59,527 nucleotides of DNA from a virus (taxonomy: Duplodnaviria; Caudoviricetes). The stretch lies in the IMG/VR virus record IMGVR_UViG_3300027976_000042, positions 1-59,527 of that record; one strand, written 5' to 3'. Below, one piece after another: positions 57,314-59,527 of the stretch; position 1 is the first letter of the stretch, and each line of letters starts with the position of its first letter. The notes beneath the pieces were generated by a model. That model did no database searches. It was not told where the DNA came from and worked only from the letters and a program-made list of their open reading frames with translations. The translations under genes and the position numbers were made by a program.

Positions 57314-58680
57314 ATATTTTTGAGCGTTGATTCGATGCTGCCCGGATTCACCCAGGCCTGTTTTGCGAGGTCTGAGATCTGACTGGCAAATTCGTCGTCT
57401 GCTGTTATCTCCAATGATGAGGCCTCGATAGCCATCATGACGATGTCATCGGTGAAGGTGCCCTCCTCGTCGTTCGTGTTTCTGACCCAGCTGGACATAT
57501 CGGTCTTGCTCGAGACGTCTTTCCCGTCAACCGGATCTGCCACGACTATCGAACATCTTTCCGTTAAGCCCTCTCTGTCTTTTGACGTCCTGATTAACTC
57601 CTCGCCAAACTCTACGGCTTTTCTCCTGTTCACAATCTCCGAGTCGTGCGGGTAGAGGACTCTTAGCAGGATCTTGTCGAAACACTCGAATGTCTGCGGT
57701 TGCTCCTCTAGCTGGTCTGTCACGGAAAAAATTCCGAACATCTCACACCCGATTCGGGTGTAGTCCGCATTGGCAATCCGGTAACTCTCTGAGTCAAAAA
57801 TTCCCATGCTCCCAACGAAGGATGGAGTTGTGATCAGCCTGTAACCTCCGTCGTCAGACCCTCTGATCTCGATCTCGACTATGTGCCTTGTGGCTTCCGG
57901 GCAAATCCGAACCATGGTGAGCTTGTCGGCATCATCAGCGGTTTCATCGATAGTGATGAGCCACGCACCTTCATTTCCGGACTCATTCTCTTTGATCCAG
58001 GTGGAAGGACCACTGTATGCGATGGTGCTTTTTCCTCTCCTTCTCACAGCCATTTTGTGGATGTCGCCCATGGCAACGTAAGTAGCTATTCCGTCTACGG
58101 AGTCGTCGTCCAGTTCCGTCTCGAATATGCCGCCGGTGGCCCAGGAGGCGCTTTGATGGCATATCAGAATGTCCGGGTGAATCTCTGGGCTGTATCTCAC
58201 TTGCCCGAGTATCTCTCTGATGTGAGGGCCTGGAGCAAAGTCGAGAGGGAGGACGGTGACGCCACCAGGGGAAACTTCCTGTAAGTGGTATTTTTTCTCG
58301 ATCGCCTCGTCGTAGCTGAACGACTTCATCACCGTGTCTGGAAACCCGACTCTGAGACACTCGGACCACGTCCTGGTGTCTTGATTCTTTTTGTTGCCGG
58401 ACTTTGAGTATTTCATCGAATCGTGATTCCCGTCCACGATCGCAATTTTGCAGCCATGCTTTTCGGCAGTTCTGATGAGGTGAAGGATAGGGATCAGGTC
58501 GGTTGGAGTAACGACTGGAGAGTCAAATGTGTCTCCCGCCAGGATAACCAGATTTGCTGAGGTTTTCCTGATCTGCCTTGAGAGCCAATATACAAAATGA
58601 GAAATGTCTCTTCCTAGGTCCCGCTTTCCCATCGGGATTGCTCCCAGGTGGATGTCTGCTGCGTGAATGATCGTAGTCAT
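57310..58680 (-). CDS. sbcD: SbcD/Mre11-like metallophosphoesterase nuclease
   Basis: ADIHLG, AGDTFD, GNHD, HQ, MGDIH, YSGP. Confidence 0.92.
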   Translation of the reverse strand: MTTIIHAADIHLGAIPMGKRDLGRDISHFVYWLSRQIRKTSANLVILAGDTFDSPVVTPTDLIPILHLIRTAEKHGCKIAIVDGNHDSMKYSKSGNKKNQDTRTWSECLRVGFPDTVMKSFSYDEAIEKKYHLQEVSPGGVTVLPLDFAPGPHIREILGQVRYSPEIHPDILICHQSASWATGGIFETELDDDSVDGIATYVAMGDIHKMAVRRRGKSTIAYSGPSTWIKENESGNEGAWLITIDETADDADKLTMVRICPEATRHIVEIEIRGSDDGGYRLITTPSFVGSMGIFDSESYRIANADYTRIGCEMFGIFSVTDQLEEQPQTFECFDKILLRVLYPHDSEIVNRRKAVEFGEELIRTSKDREGLTERCSIVVADPVDGKDVSSKTDMSSWVRNTNDEEGTFTDDIVMMAIEASSLEITADDEFASQISDLAKQAWVNPGSIESTLKNI

Positions 58681-59321
58681 GGTCTTATTGTTCGAGCTTT
58701 TGATATGAGGTGTTTTTCCATCTCCATCACCGGCACTGGGCCCGACTTCACTTCGCTACTTGAAAAGAAGGAGGGGTCGACCAGGTAAATTGAACAGGAG
58801 TGGGATACAGCTGCCGGGTCCTCGAATGTGACCCCGTGGATCCTGTTTTGGCCGGATATCTTGTCGGCAATCTCCAGCCCCCACGTCGTGTTCCTGGGTC
58901 TCCACTGAATGGAAACGCCACCTGGGAATAACCCAGCCAGGCTGCTGAAATCCCTCCATAGCGACCCCCTGATCCCAGACGGTGTTTTCTTGCCTGGAGC
59001 GGAAGGCGGGGTAACCCCCCTGGCCGTCCTGTCTACCTGGGCGTTGTCGACATACAGGTCAAGCGACGTAGATTTCAGATCTTCGTCCCCTACCAGAAAT
59101 CTCGCAGCCTTTAGGCCCGATAGGACCCCAGCTATTTCCGCACCTAGGACTCCAGACACCGAACTGTCGGATCTTCCCGTGACTGCCATTGCGAAGCTTC
59201 CTCCCGGGGTATCGCAGATCTTGCAGTAATCCTGCTTCCATTCCAAGACTGCGCACCAGGCAGCAGGCTTCTCCTTTTTTCCGGACACGGCAGAGGCGTC
59301 CGAAGATATTCTGATTTTCAT
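58677..59321 (-). CDS. RNase H-like protein
   Basis: ISSDAS, AEIAGV, YVDN, IQWRPR..ADKIS give the D-E-D-D catalytic pattern. Confidence 0.75.
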   Translation of the reverse strand: MKIRISSDASAVSGKKEKPAAWCAVLEWKQDYCKICDTPGGSFAMAVTGRSDSSVSGVLGAEIAGVLSGLKAARFLVGDEDLKSTSLDLYVDNAQVDRTARGVTPPSAPGKKTPSGIRGSLWRDFSSLAGLFPGGVSIQWRPRNTTWGLEIADKISGQNRIHGVTFEDPAAVSHSCSIYLVDPSFFSSSEVKSGPVPVMEMEKHLISKARTIRP

Positions 59322-59428
59322 TTTTACGACTACCTCTTTTGGTTTTGCCAGACATAGAGGTCTCAGACCTGGCTTTAGGTTTGGTCCTGCAGGGCAACAG
59401 GATTTCCGCCCGATGGTTGACTAAAATT

Positions 59429-59527
59429 GGGGCCAGGATCTCGACCAGGGGCCAGGATCTCGACCAGGGGCCAGGATCTCGACCAGGGGCCAGGATCTCG
59501 ACCAGGGGCCAGGATCTCGACCAGGGG
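59429..59527. repeat. 19-bp perfect tandem repeat (GGGGCCAGGATCTCGACCA), at least 5 copies, continues past the window end
   Basis: Five exact copies plus the start of a sixth. Confidence 0.97.

Noticed and set aside
59429-59527. CRISPR array
   Set aside because: Units abut with no spacers and no cas genes are visible

Overview
A 59.5 kb piece of a large (jumbo-type) tailed dsDNA phage genome. Essentially all credible genes are on the minus strand, tightly packed, often with ATGA/TAATG overlaps. In transcription order (right to left): a 19-bp tandem repeat; a bacterial-style replication/recombination block (RNase H-like, SbcD, SbcC, SF2 helicase, Rha/KilAC regulator, DnaB-like helicase, primase, DnaE split into two genes with a mini-intein, probable SSB, RecA-like, RuvC-like); an HD hydrolase; a probable virion block (putative portal, holin, Gly/Ala-rich proteins); a phage multi-subunit RNA polymerase; a MYG1 nuclease; tRNA-Arg(CCU); and many small accessory genes. 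The main candidate for a new system is the RNA polymerase. It is cut and fused differently from cellular enzymes (beta-N as one gene; beta-C fused to beta'-N as another; beta'-C absent from the window). Its beta-N subunit carries an inserted inorganic-pyrophosphatase (InPase) domain and a second unknown domain, both bracketed by K-x-A motifs. Two promoter classes are also visible: a repeated GGTGAAAAA..CCATAAT motif before accessory genes, and sigma70-like, often leaderless promoters before virion and RNAP genes. All calls come from recognising motifs by eye; no database searches were run, so novelty is untested.
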